Shown here in pieces: positions 49,256-61,677 of a stretch of DNA of 64,000 nt. Position 1 is the stretch's first letter. Every line of letters begins with the position of its first letter. The stretch comes from Lama guanicoe (Eukaryota). The stretch spans positions 16,112,373-16,176,372 of the forward strand of contig MU053881.1 of the NCBI GenBank assembly GCA_013239625.1. Reading direction: 5' to 3'. The notes under the pieces were generated by a model, which saw only the letters and a list, made by a program, of their open reading frames with translations, made no database searches and was not told where the DNA came from. The translations under genes were made by a program, and so were the position numbers.

Positions 49256-50419
49256 AATTGAATATAGTTCCTTGTGCTATACAGGAGGTCTTTGTTATTT
49301 ATCTATTCTATATATAGTAGTGTGAATCTGTTACTCTCAAACTCTCAATTTATCCCTCTCCTCCCCTCAAAAGATTCCACTTTTCACAGGTCACATAGCT
49401 GGGAAAGGCGAGAATCAGAATTTGAACTTATGTCTGGCTCCAAAATTCACTTGCTCCCCTGGACCCCTGGACGGCTGCCCTGTGCTGGGGTCCCTCTGAG
49501 ATCCCAGCCACCCTGGGCGTGCTGGGTTCCTTAGCAGCAAGAAGCATTTTTTTCTTTTTCTTTTTTTTCCTTTTTCTTTTCTTGAGGTGAATTCACATAC
49601 CATGAAAGTAACCATTTGAAAGCAAAGAGTTCAGTGGCATTTAGTATATTCAAGATGTTGTGCAACTATCACCTCTGTTTAGTTCTACAACATCTTTTCA
49701 TCTCCCAAGAGAAACCCTGTACCCATTAGCAGTTATTCCCCTTGAATCCAGAAAGCAGCCAGGGGTCAAATTTCCAATCTGACCCCCCTGTATCTGTCCC
49801 TGTTGCAAAGACCAAGGTGTCCCTGCCAATGCTGGCAGGGTGTCCCTCCGTTGGGTGGGAAAAGGTGACCAGGCTCTTTAAGTGGAGGTCTCCCAGCTCC
49901 TGCTCCATGAATGATCCCAGATAAAGAGGAAATCCCAGCTCCTGCCCTGGGGTTTCCACTTCCGAGCGGTCCAGGGTGTCTGCGGGCCCTCACTGGCTGG
50001 GAGCCAGCTCTCCTGCTCTGCACAGACCAGCACCGTCCCCTGTAGCCTGTCCAGGTTTCTATGATGCTGAACATCTAAGCATATTTCCCCACCCAGCCAA
50101 GCAGAGCCTGTCACTCCTGGAACAGCACTACGGAGGAAAGCCTTGGCATTCTGGGGGGGCAGGGAAGGGGGCGGAGTTCTGGGAGTTGGGAGAGCGCTTC
50201 CAAGCACAGGGACCCGATGCCAGGATGGACTTGCTAGATCCAAATTTCCAAAGCAAATTCACCAGCTCCCTTTTGGGCTTCAGGTTGCTGCCCAAGAGGC
50301 ACGTAGAGCCTGGGCGTGGCCAGCAGTACCAGACTGCCCAAGAGCCATGCCTGGGGCTTCTTTTTCTTGAAAAACAGCTTTAGTGAGATATTTTTCATAT
50401 CATACAGTCCCCCCACTTT

Positions 50420-50603
50420 ATTTTAGTTCTCTGTAATTTTTAAAAATTCTTTTTTAAAATTTATTCTTTATTCCTGGTTTATTTATTTATGGGGGGAGTA
50501 TTTAAGTTTGTTTGTTTGCTTTTAGTGGTGGTACTGGGGATTGAACCCAGGACCCCATAGCATGCTAAGCACACACTCAGCCACTGAGCTATACCTTCCC
50601 CCC
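50420..50603 (-). mobile_element. tRNA-Ala-derived SINE inserted in an older L1
   Basis: gtactggggattgaacccaggacc...catgctaagcacacactcagccactgagctatacc. Confidence 0.8.
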
Positions 50604-51410
50604 ACCCATTTTAAAGTGCCCAAGTGGTTTTTAGTATATCCCCAGAGTTGGGCAACCTCCATCACAGTCCATTTTAGAACATTTCCATCACCTCAGAAAG
50701 AAACCCATCCCCATGAGCAGTCACCCTGCATTCCTTCCCCCAGTCCCTAGCAACCACTAATCTACTTTCTGTCTCTGTGGACGTGTCTGTTCTAGATATT
50801 TCATATAAATGGAATCACACACTGTCTGTCTGTTTGCGTCTGGCTTCTTTCTCTCAGCCTGATGTTTTTAGAGTTCATCACGTAATAGCGTGTGTCAGTG
50901 CTTCATTCCTTTGTATGACTGAGTAATATTCTGTAGTATGGATGGACCACCTTTTGTTTATCCATTCACCCATGGACAGACATTTGGGTTGTTTCCACCT
51001 TTTGGCGATTGTGACTAGTGCTGCTGTGGACGTGCGTGTGCAAGGATATGTTTGAGTCTCTGTTTGCAAATCTCTCACGCATATGCCTTTGAGTCGAATT
51101 GCAGGATCGTATGGTGTTTCTATGTTTATCGTATTGAGGAATTGCTGTGCTGTTTTCCACAGTGACCACACCATCTTACATCCCCACCAGCAGTGCACGG
51201 AGGTTCCAGTTTCTCCACATCTTCACCAACTCTTGTTAGTTTCTGTAGCTTTGATAGTAGCCATCCTGAAGGGTGAGAGGTGGTATCTCACTGTGGCTCT
51301 GATTTGCATTTCCCTGCTGACTAATGGTACTGAACAACTGCTCATATGTTCATCTGCCATTTGTACATCTTCTTTGGAGAAATGTCTATTCAAGTCCTTT
51401 GCATTTTTAA
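50604..51410 (-). mobile_element. Older L1 (L1MB-like) 3' region
   Basis: HCWWGCKMV...PYDPAI...KRWKQPKC...EYYS remnants. Confidence 0.85.
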
Positions 51411-51424
51411 AGGTAAAATTAAAT

Positions 51425-51950
51425 TTGAAATTTAGTCCTGAGAAGAGTGTCTTTGTTTATTTTACCTGGAGCCTTGGGCCACACCAAACAGTCTAATTTA
51501 TGATGGGGGCCTCAGGCCATGTGGTGTCAGCTTGACTTTCAGAAGGTCTGGAGACTAAAGGTCAGCTACATGGGCAGTTGACTATGGAGACTCCCAAAAA
51601 ACACGCTGGATGTTGAGTCTTGGGTGAGTGTCCCTGGTTGGCAGTACACCACGTGTGTTGTCACACATCACTGCCAGCAAAGTAACTTTCCTGACTGCAC
51701 TGGTGTGGGGGGACTTCTGGAAGCCCATGCCTGGATTTCTTCTAGACTCTGCCCCATGCGCCTCTTCTCTTGGCTGATTTTAATCTGTATCCTTTCACTG
51801 TCATAAACTGTGACTGTAAGTATAACAATTTTCAGTGAGTTCTGTGAGTCCTTCTAAAAAATTGAACCTGAGGGTGCTCTTCAGACTCCTAACCTTGCAC
51901 TCGGTGTAAGAAGTGAGGGCAGTCTTGTGCCTCCGTTTCACACCTTGACA
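51425..51950 (+). mobile_element. MER21-like LTR
   Basis: Shares several blocks with 37905-38440. Confidence 0.75.
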
Positions 51951-53097
51951 CCAGGGTCTTCATCATGAGGCTCTGATTTCCCTTTTGTCACTGGTAGGTA
52001 TTTTGCAAGCAGATCCTTTGTATCGACACCAGTCATCTGTCCCTTCCACCCCTCCCATCATCAGGCACGATCCTGCCTGAACCAGCTGCCTCTGCGGGCA
52101 CTGACAAAGGGCACTTCTCTATTCCCATGTCTCCGTTTATTTGTTGATATTCCATGTTGTTGGCTCTCCTAGTGACTGACAGCCAATAAAAATGGGCTGT
52201 GACTCATTACTTGCTAGAACCCATGGTGTGATGGCATCTTTCTAAACATGGCTTTCTTGGGGGGTGGGGATTGTGTGCAAAAACCCCAAGGATTTGGTTT
52301 GCAAAGTGAAAAGGTTGGGATCCTCTAAACCAGTGGTTCTCAACCGGGGGCGATTTTACTGGCTACTACTGGGTCTGCTCAGCATCCCGCAAAGCGCAGA
52401 CAGCAACCCCTTTCCCCACCCAAGGCAAAGAATGACCTGGCCCCAAATGTCAGCAGTGCTGGGGCAGAGAAACTCTGGAACAAAGTCTTAAAGCTGTCCT
52501 TACTGGTTTCCTACGATTAGATCTACTCTCTTGTGAGTCTGAGTGGGAGCGCTGAAGAGTTTGTTGACCAGCACTGAGATGCTGCGCCTGGACCACTGTT
52601 CTCCTCAGGAGCCAGCTCTCCGTCCTTTGCTGGCTTTGAAGGAGCAGGTGGCTTGCCACCAAAGCCATCTTCTAACAATGGGTTGCCCAACAACTGTGGG
52701 CTGGACACTGTCGCACTGTATTGTCTCATCCAATCTCCTCAACAAACTATGTGAGGTCAGGCATGGAATCTGCCCTCTAGGATGGCCCAGGAACTTGCCC
52801 CTCTGGTCACCCAGCTGGTGAGTGGCAGGAAGTCCAGATTGATCAGGCTTGTCCTTCTCCCTGGCTTCCTGAACGTCCCACCGAAGCCTGGCCGGACTCC
52901 AGGTGCATGTGGAGAGATGTAGAATGCTGCACAGTCCTGTGTTGGTTGGTCTCTCTGCTCTCTCTCTTGATTCTCAAAGGTTCTTCCTCTTTTCTGAGCC
53001 ACAAGAGTCTCTTAAAACCACAACCAGATGATTACATCCCTGCTTGCCACTCCCCTTACCTCCTCATCCATCTTTAGATAAAATCTCACTCCTCCAT

Positions 53098-53800
53098 CTG
53101 AAGAGGCTCAACATCACTAGTTATCAGGGAAATGCAAATCAACAGCACAATGAGATACCTCTTCACATCTACCAGGATGGCCAGAATCAAAAAGTTAGAC
53201 ATCAACAAGTGTTGGCAGGGAAATGGGGAAATCGGAATCCTTATGCACTGTTGGCAGGAATGTAATTTGGTGCAGCTGATGTGGAAAACAGTTTGGTAGT
53301 TTCTCAAAAAGTGAAACAGAATTACCCCATGACCCAGCAATTTCACTCCTAGGTATAGACCTAAAGGATCGAAAATGGGCATTCAAAAAAAACTTGCATA
53401 GGAGTGTTCATAACCAAACAATGAACATTCACAGTTACCAAAAGGTGGAAACAACCCAAAATATCCAGTAACCAGTGAATGGATAAACAAACTGCAGCAT
53501 ATCCATACAGTGGAATATTACTCAGCCATAAAAGAAACAAAACCTTGATTCATGCTACAGCATGGATGAGTCTTAAAGACATTATTCTGAATGAAAGAAG
53601 CTAGACATAAAAGACCACAGAGTGTATGATTCCATTCATATGAAATGTCCAGAACAGGTATATCCACAGAAATGGAAAAGCAGATTAGGGGTTGTCAGAG
53701 ATTGGGGGAGAGAGGAATGGGCAGTGACTGCTTAATGTTCACAGGGTCTCTTTTTGGAGTGATACACTCTTTTGCAACTAGGTAGAGATGGTGGTTGTAT
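53098..53800 (+). mobile_element. Older L1 (L1MB-like) 3' region
   Basis: ctcaacatcactagttatcagggaaatgcaaatc...ggaaacaacccaaa...tggaatattactcagccataaaa. Confidence 0.85.
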
Positions 53801-53885
53801 AATTAGTTAAGATGAGGTCATACTAGGTTTGGGTGGGCCCTCAATCCAATAGGACAGGTGTTCTTATAAGAGAAGGGAAATTTGG

Positions 53886-53958
53886 ACACACACACACACA
53901 GGCGTGCGCACGCGCGCACGCGCGCACGCACACACACACACACACACACGCACACACA
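53886..53958. repeat. (CA)n/(CG)n alternating purine-pyrimidine microsatellite
   Basis: acacac...gcgtgcgcacgcgcgcacgcgcgcacgcacacaca... Confidence 0.95.
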
Positions 53959-54784
53959 GAGGAGAGAAAGCCCTGTGACAGTGAAGGCAGAGACTGGAGC
54001 AATGTATCAGGAAGCCAAGGTACGCCAAAGATTGCCAGCACCCACTAAAAGCTGGGAAAGAGGCATGGAATAGATTCTCCCTCATGGTCTTCAGAAGGAA
54101 CCGACCATGCTAGCATCTTGATTTTGGATTTCAGGCTCCCAGAACAATGAAAGAATAAATTCTGTGGTTTTAAGCCACTCCCTGTGGTTTTATGTTATAG
54201 CAGATATAGGGCACTAAAGCAGACCTCAGAAATGATTATTGCATCTACAGCAGCATTCACTCTGCAGTGGACTAAAATTGAAAATAACAAGAAAGCCCTC
54301 CGCCCACACGTGTCTGCCCTCTGCACTGCTGTGAAATTGCGTGGACATTTTCCCCATGCAAAAGAGCAGGACACACCATACACAGAAGCAGCATTGAGTG
54401 GAGCTGGATTTGGGGAATCTGCATGTCAGAGATCACATTCTTAACATCTGCCTTGACCTCTGCTGAACCCTGGGCTGAGCACCTCCAGATGAGGTGTATG
54501 AAATCCACTTTCTCATTACTGATCTTTACTATTTCAACTGCAAAGTGGGATTGAGCTGTTTGGGACTTCTGTGAGATGTTGGAAATATAGAGCTGGAGAT
54601 GGAGGGAGAAAAAGGAAACAAAGATCTACCAGTTTGGGCATTCCCAAAGCACACTGTTTGCTTGTTCAAAAATATGTATGCAAGCAAGTGTATTTGTATA
54701 TATTTCCATATGCCATTTTTGCTATATTGAGGTATCACTGACATACCATCAAATTTGCTTGTTTTCAGCACACAAGTCAATAAT

Positions 54785-54876
54785 TCTTTTTTGTTTTGTT
54801 TTGCTGGGTTTATTTTGGGGGGTGGTAATTGGGTTTATTTTTTTTTTAATGGAAGTACTGGGGATTGAACCCAGGA
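54785..54876 (-). mobile_element. Truncated tRNA-derived SINE abutting L1 sequence
   Basis: Tail plus atggaagtactggggattgaacccagga, then an abrupt switch to L1. Confidence 0.7.
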
Positions 54877-55254
54877 TAATATCACTGTACTATCACAGGT
54901 GTGAAGTGGTATCTCACTGTGGTTTTGGTTTGCATTTCCCTATTGATTAGTGACACTGAGCATCTTTTCATGCACTTGGCCATTTGTATATCTTTGGAGA
55001 AATATCTGTTTAGATTCTTTGCTTTTTTTTGAATTAGGTTGTTTGCTTTTTGTTGTTGAGCTATAGGTGCTCTTTATATATTCTGGATATTAATCCCTCA
55101 TCAGATATATGATTTGCAAATATTTTCTCCCATTCTAAAGTTTTGTGGTCTAAATTCTTGTAGCTTAAGCACCCAGTTTCTAGTCATTTATTAGGTGCTC
55201 TTCTGCCCACACCTCTGCCAGACCAGGAATTTGTATATGATATGTACATGTGTA

Positions 55255-55286
55255 TACACACACACAAACACACACACACACACATA
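55255..55286. repeat. (CA)n microsatellite
   Basis: Directly visible. Confidence 0.9.
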
Positions 55287-56327
55287 CCATTTTGGTTGTT
55301 GTTGGGGAAGGTGAATGCTGCCCCAGCACCCCCAGTCCATGCCAGCCCCTGCACAGCCCCCTCAACCATCTGCTACAGCAGGCCCTGTCTGTCCTGAAGT
55401 CCCCACTGCCTGCCCAGGGCTTGGCCCGAAGTCTGTGGAGAGGGCTGATGGAGTATGCTGCCTGGAGGACCCATGGTATCTGGGAGCAGAGAGGGTGCAA
55501 GGGAAGTTTCTGGAAGGAGCAGTTCAGCAGGCAAAAGAGGAGGGCAGAGTTTGAGCAACGGCAGGCAGTAGGGGTTGGCACAGAGCATCTAGGAATTAGG
55601 GGGAGGCAGGAGCCATCAGGGCAGCCCAAGTCTGGACTTAATCTCAAAAAACAGAGAGCCGTCAGGATTTGAGACAGGACTGGGTGGTCCACTCTACAGT
55701 TTTAGATGTTAGGCCCTGGTACCTGGGGGTGGGGGTCCTCACTAGAGGAACCACCTGGGCCAGCTGGGAAGGAATTTTGAAGAGGGACAGGATTTGGACA
55801 TGACATAAAAAAGAGGTCTCACCCCCTGCAGAGGGACTTACCACAGCAGGGCCATCGCTGAGTTGGGCACACTGGGAGGGGCAGGAGGAGGCACCCTGCT
55901 CTCAGAGAAGGAAGGGAGCTAGCTCTCCCTTGCTATTTGCCAGAGGGTAAAGGGAGGCTCAGAGCTGGAGGGGCCTGGCCTAGGGGATCTGTGGATGGCG
56001 AGGGTAGGGAGAGGGAAATGAGGACTGGCAGTCAGGCGCCTGGGAGCAGCTGCGGGTCTGGAAGTTTCGCCTCCTGGCCAGCCTCATTTTCCCCAAAGGG
56101 CTCAGCTCCTCAAACCACGTGCACTGTATAGGTTGCCGGGTCCAGGCTGGGGCAGCCGTTGTGAGGACGGGGGCGCCCTGCTGGGTGTGGGGTGAAGACG
56201 GCGCGGAGACACAGCGCTGCCCAGGGTGGCGCGGGCGGGGCTGGTCCATGGAGGGAGGGAGTGCGAGGGGAGGCGGCCAAGCAGGGCGGTTGGAGGGGGG
56301 CAGTCCAGGGAGGAGGCGGGTTCAGAG

Positions 56328-56554
56328 NNNNNNNNNNNNNNNNNNNNNNNNNNNNNNNNNNNNNNNNNNNNNNNNNNNNNNNNNNNNNNNNNNNNNNNNN
56401 NNNNNNNNNNNNNNNNNNNNNNNNNNNNNNNNNNNNNNNNNNNNNNNNNNNNNNNNNNNNNNNNNNNNNNNNNNNNNNNNNNNNNNNNNNNNNNNNNNNN
56501 NNNNNNNNNNNNNNNNNNNNNNNNNNNNNNNNNNNNNNNNNNNNNNNNNNNNNN
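56328..56554. other. Assembly gap (227 N)
   Basis: Run of n in the GC-rich CPAMD8 promoter. Confidence 1.
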
Positions 56555-56585
56555 CCCCAGCCTGGCCGGGCGCGGAGCGGGGCGC

Positions 56586-56818
56586 ATGGCGCCGGGCTCA
56601 CGGCGCGGGGGCTGCGAACAAAGGGCCCCCGGCGGCGCAGCGGCGACGGCCGCGCTCGGACCCCGGCCCTGGCTTGGCCCCGGCCCGGCCCCCTCCCGGG
56701 GCGCGGCGCCCCACCGGAGCCGGAAAATGTGGGGCGCCCTGCTCGGGCCGCTGCTCTGGCTCCTAATGCTGCTGCTGTCGCCGCGGGACAGCGTGCGCGC
56801 TGCGCAGCCCCAGGCCCC
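56586..56818 (+). CDS. CPAMD8: CPAMD8 exon 1; upstream ATG at 56586, signal-peptide ATG at 56727
   Basis: MAPGSRRGGCEQRAPGG...RSRK-MWGALLGPLLWLLMLLLSPRDSVRAAQPQAP with a hydrophobic signal peptide; donor CC|gtgagt. Confidence 0.9.
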
Positions 56819-59774
56819 GTGAGTAGCCCCGGGGCGACCGGAGAGGCTGGCTGCCTCCGCGGGGTGGGGGTCGCGGGGACTGACTCAGAGAGATTCAGCG
56901 ACCTGTCCAAGGCCACACAGCCTCCGAGCTGGGCGGCGCTAGAGCCTTGACCCCGCAATCCCCGTGGGTCAGACTGGGAAGGGGGAATCCTGAGGCTTCA
57001 GAAGTGGCCCCGTTGAGGTGCAGGGACTCCTCAGCGCTAAGGCTGCGAGGCCACCCCACCCCGCCTCGCCCAAGGCTGTCTTCTTGGGTGGCAATTTCAA
57101 GTTGCCCGTGGCATGAAGGTAAGAGATGCGTGTCTTGGCTGAGAACTGAAAGGAGAGACCTACCGTTCCGTTTAACTTGAGAGGGCGTGGTGGTGATGGG
57201 GGGAGGGGGGAGGGAATGCTTGTTTTGCTTACACATTTTTCTTGAAGTTTGCTTACACAGCTTCTGGTGGGTCGACACAGCGAGGAGGTGAATTAACTGG
57301 CTGCTAAGGAGAATTTCCCATGAGTTGGCTTCCTAGGGAATACTCCTAGACCTGCCAAGTTTGGGTGAGCCCTTCGGGGTTGTGGGGCTCAGGAGCCCTG
57401 CCTCCGGCTTCCCCAGCTTAGCCGCTGGGTCCAACCCCGCCGATAGGAGCCTTGTTCAAGCAGCCCTTGTATAGGAGTTCCCAGAAAGCAGGTCAGCAGT
57501 AAGACTAGGTGGGCGGAGGCATCTCCAGCGCTGCTCTTTGGATTGCAGTTTGAAAAGTTGGGACACCATGCTCCCATTCCAGCCATGGGATTTACCTCCC
57601 CTGGACCTTGTGAAACTGAAATGGCCAATTTTTGTCCTGATGCTTTCCAGCTGGCATTCTGTTAGAATAGCAGTTCTAAGCCAAGGGGCGATTTTTGTCT
57701 CCCTGGGGTCATTCGGCAATGTTTGGAGGCATTTTTTGTTGTCATGTCTAGAGGGAGACAATGCTGCTGGAATCTACTGGGTGGAGGTCAGGATGCTGTT
57801 AAACATCCTGCCATGCCCAGGATGGCCCCTTACCACAAAGCATGACCATACCTGCGGTGAGAGACCATGCCTGATAAGGACCAAGTTCAGAGTCCCTGTG
57901 TTGCAGCGTTTTAAGCAGTTCTCAGGAATGTTTGTCTCTGACTAAAGTTGCCCTGGGATCTTACCTACTGTTGCGTGAAATAGAATCCCCAGTGATGGGA
58001 GACACACAATGATCAACCCAGGGTTCCAGATTAGCTGGCCTCTAAGCCAGAGCTATGGCCCACCAGCCTGTAGGATCCTGTTTTAGGAATAGCCCTGCAT
58101 ACCCACTTCTGTGATCCGTGTGGTTTTTATGTGAGGAATCTCTGGTGCCAGAAAGCCCCATGGCTTTGCATACTGTTTTAAGACCAATACTGCCTACACT
58201 GTACCAAACACCACCTTTCCCAGGATGGGACCTCCCAAGACCAAAGGAGAAGCCAGTGTCAGCCCAGATGCCAGGAGGTGCATCAGGTAGACAGTGATCG
58301 GCTGGTGAGCGCTCCAGCAGCTGCAGTTCCTGAGCTGCAAGGAAAGTTAATTTGGTCCCGTCAGGTTCTCTGGGCCTTTGGGTGGACGCACTGACTTGGA
58401 TCTGTTAAGGGCTTTAAAAGTGCCCAAGGAAAAGGCAAACCAGTTTAGTGTATTTCCTCCAAATGTTCTTCCACACTCAGCAGGTGCTATGTGGGAGGCC
58501 CTAAGGGTCAGCTAGGAGCCAGATGGAAAGATTCTGTCCTGAAGGTGGCCATATTTCGGTGCTGTGGTGGGGCAGGACACACGGGAACTCGGGGTCATTG
58601 CCTGTGCAGGGCAGCATTGGAGTCAGATAGTGCATAACATGTGCCTGGGGTGGTTGCGTGCTCCGGACAGTACAGTTACGTACCCAGGATCACTGCACGC
58701 CCTGTGCACTGCTGAGGCTAGACACTGCACAGAGGACCCTAGGGGCGTTGCCCCCTCTGATCAGTGCTGGAGCTGGTGCTGCTCATCATGTATGAAGCAT
58801 GGGTGTCCCCACATGTTTTCCCTTTCTCCTGTTCCCTTCTGGGGCTTGTAGTTCTGCACCGTTGAAATCATGCTGCCTTTTCTGCCAGGCCCTTGGCATC
58901 TGCCATTGCATTGTGAGCAGGTCGTGTGGTTCTGGATGAACCTTTGTGATTTTCCACTGGAGGCTGCAGAATAACAGGAGGCAAGAGGTCAGGTGGGGAA
59001 GACCTAGGACTCCAGGTTAGGTACCTTAAGGGGACCCCGGGGCCCTCTCATACCTAGTTGTGTCATCTGGTGCATGTTTCTTCTCCTTTTGCAAGGTCAG
59101 CTTTCCCACCTGGAAGGTGGGATAATGACACCTCTCTTTCAGAAATGTCTTCACAGTCAAGCTGAGGATTTTCAGAAAGAGCGGGCTGTTTTGATTCCAT
59201 TGTACGTGGTGCTTTTCCTGTTTCAAGCCATTTAGTTTGTTTTCAGGGTCTTGGTCTTAAAATTAATACTGCAGGAAGCTCCTTGCTTCTTTCTACTGGG
59301 TTCCAGAGTCTAGCTGCCTGGGTTTATATCCTAGTCTCTTACTGACTCAGACACATGACTTGGCTTCTTTGGGGCTTCCTTTCTGACTCATAAGTAAGAG
59401 ATGTTAGCCTTTCTCACAGGGTGTCTTTGAGGATGAAGGGGGATCCTATCAGTTACTCAGCCTACAGGGGAGTGTTTTAGTTTGTGGGTGTGGCATGTGC
59501 AAATGTCCTGTGGCAGAAGGAGCTGAGAAAAGAGACCAGAGGCCATAATACAGAGATCGAAGTGGGGTATGGTGTTGGGTAGATCCAGAGAAGCCAGATT
59601 CTTATGGGTTCTGAGGTAAACAGCCTCAAGGACACACAAAGTGGCAGTGCTGTCAGTGTGATCAGGCATAGGTGGGAGTCCACCCAGGGTGCACCCTGAT
59701 TCAGCCGGGTGATAGTGAGGCTAGGGGTGGATCAGACAGCCTTTGGCCTTCACTGTGGTTCTCCTCTCTTGCAG

Positions 59775-59926
59775 GGGCTATTTGATCGCCGCACCCTCTG
59801 TCTTCCGCTCAGGAGTGGAGGAAGTCATCAGTGTGACCATCTTTAATTCCCCAAGGGAAGTCATGGTCCAGGCTCAGCTGGTGGCCCAGGGTGAGGTGGT
59901 GGCGCAGACCCAGGGAGCCATCCTGG
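59775..59926 (+). CDS. CPAMD8: CPAMD8 exon 2
   Basis: cttgcag|G...CTGG|gtaggt; [50 protein letters not shown], an alpha-2-macroglobulin/C3-family N-terminus. Confidence 0.94.
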
Positions 59927-60639
59927 GTAGGTCCCTGGGGTGCCTGACCAGGGCTTCCTCTCCCTTTGCAAAGTGGTTTTTAAGGCTCAGGCAGTGTTGG
60001 AATTGCTTTGCTTCCTCCCCACCCAACATCCAGAACCTTGGCAGGGGTCAGAGGGCGGGTTGCATTCTCCCCACTTTATAGGTGGAGAGAGTAAGGCCCA
60101 GGAGGGACGGCCACCTGCCTAGTCTAGGAAATCAGAGTGCACTGTTAGCAGCTCAGGTTCAGTGGGCGCAGATCTGGGCACCCTTTCACATCAGCTTTGG
60201 CTGGAGGTGGGAAGGGGGCCCAGAGGGAATCTTGTGACCTTCCCAGACCTTTCGTTGAGCTTCTAGCACTCCTGTGGTGTTAGACCCAGATCTGGGCTCA
60301 CCGCCAGCCTGCCACTGAGTTGAGGTCAGGCGCTGAGCCAGCCTCTCCCCATCCCCTCCGTAAACTTCAGATAACAACAGCGCTGGCCTCCTGGACAAAA
60401 GTGCCAAGGGCAGGCCCCTGCCTCAGGGCCTGTAATTAGCAGGGCAGGTAAATCATGCTTCGTGCAGAGTGTGGTGTGGCCACAAGAGGTGCCGAGAGAA
60501 GATGTCAGGCCTTCAAGGCTTACAAGGCAGCTGCTGTCCCCTGGGGATACGTGGGTGAGACCAGCTTGAAGGGAAACTAGAAGGACTTAGGTACAGGAGG
60601 AGTGTAGGCAGTCTCGATTCCCTGGGCCAGTCCTGAAAC

Positions 60640-61130
60640 CCAAATCAGTTTGGCTTCAGCATCAGAGAGTTTATGGGCTCTCAGAAGACTCGACTGGCAT
60701 AACTGGCCGAGTCTCCCAGCTCCACTTTGGGTGGGCCTCTGTCTCCTCAAAGCTCGGAGGGAGTCGCAGTTGTGGGACCTCTGGGGAAAGTTCCAGGATT
60801 CCCTCTGATTGGCCCCGGTTGGGGAATGTGCTCAACCCTGAACCAATGCCTGTAACCAAGGGGAAGGCCTATGCTGATTGGTCCATGTTGGGTCATGTGC
60901 TCAACTCAGCCAATCACTGTGACCAGGGGAAGGCCTGTGCTGATTGGCCCACTTTGGATCACGTGCTTGACTCTGAACCAATCACCAGGGCTATGGACAA
61001 GGTCTGTGTAGGTTTGCGCGGAGTCCCAAGAGAGATGAGCAGAGCCCCACCAAGACTCATGAATTGGGAGCTGGGCAGGTGGCTCCTCCAAGGAAATTGG
61101 CTTATGTTAGCAGGAAATGGGGAATAGACA
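60640..61130. mobile_element. Old MLT1J/K-like LTR with three internal ~65-bp repeats
   Basis: (ctgattgg...gtgctcaa...ccaat...aggggaaggcct) repeated at 60803-60990. Confidence 0.6.
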
Positions 61131-61654
61131 CAGGGAGGCAAAAGTAGTGGATTCGTAATCAAGTACTGGAGGCCAAAGAGCCTGGACAGGTGTCAGAACA
61201 ACAAATGACTCAGTTTGGGTAGACTAAAAGGTTGATGGGAGACTAGTTAGATCCACTGGAGTGAGGTCCACTGGGAACCTCAGTCTCCTCTTCTTTCTCT
61301 CCACCCTCCTCCTTGTTCTTCACCCCCGGAGTTTTCTCTTTGCTCCCCTTACAGCTTACCTTGGACAGGGGCCAGGGGTGAAGTGAATTAAGTATGCAGG
61401 CTGGCCAACTTTCCCCTGAATAGCTCGGCTTTGTCCATCCTCTCTGGTCTTCAGTCCTGGCCAGCTTGGAGGAAACCTCTCACTTCTGCCAATCCCAACT
61501 CAGCCCAGGCCAGACCAGCATGACCTAGGGTGTGTGTTTGTCCACAGAAAATCCTTCTGGCTTAAGAAAGCCCCGATTAGTAAGGCTGCAGCTCAGGGAG
61601 GCAGGAAAACACAGCTCCTAATTTAACTGTTCTTGTTTTGTTTTCATTTTTTAG

Positions 61655-61677
61655 ATAAAGGGACAATCAAACTCAAG
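61655..61677 (+). CDS. CPAMD8: CPAMD8 exon 3 (23-nt micro-exon); the gene continues beyond the window end
   Basis: Long T-rich tract ttttag|AT AAA GGG ACA ATC AAA CTC AAG|gtaagc; DKGTIKLK; phase matches exon 2. Confidence 0.88.

Larger units (their letters stand above)
56150..56960 (+). promoter_or_regulatory. CPAMD8 CpG-island promoter, partly hidden by an assembly gap
   Basis: CpG-dense sequence and GC boxes around exon 1. Confidence 0.8.

Noticed and set aside
56102..56958. Several long ORFs around the CPAMD8 promoter
   Set aside because: They span the N gap and GC-rich island; only the CPAMD8 frame is supported.
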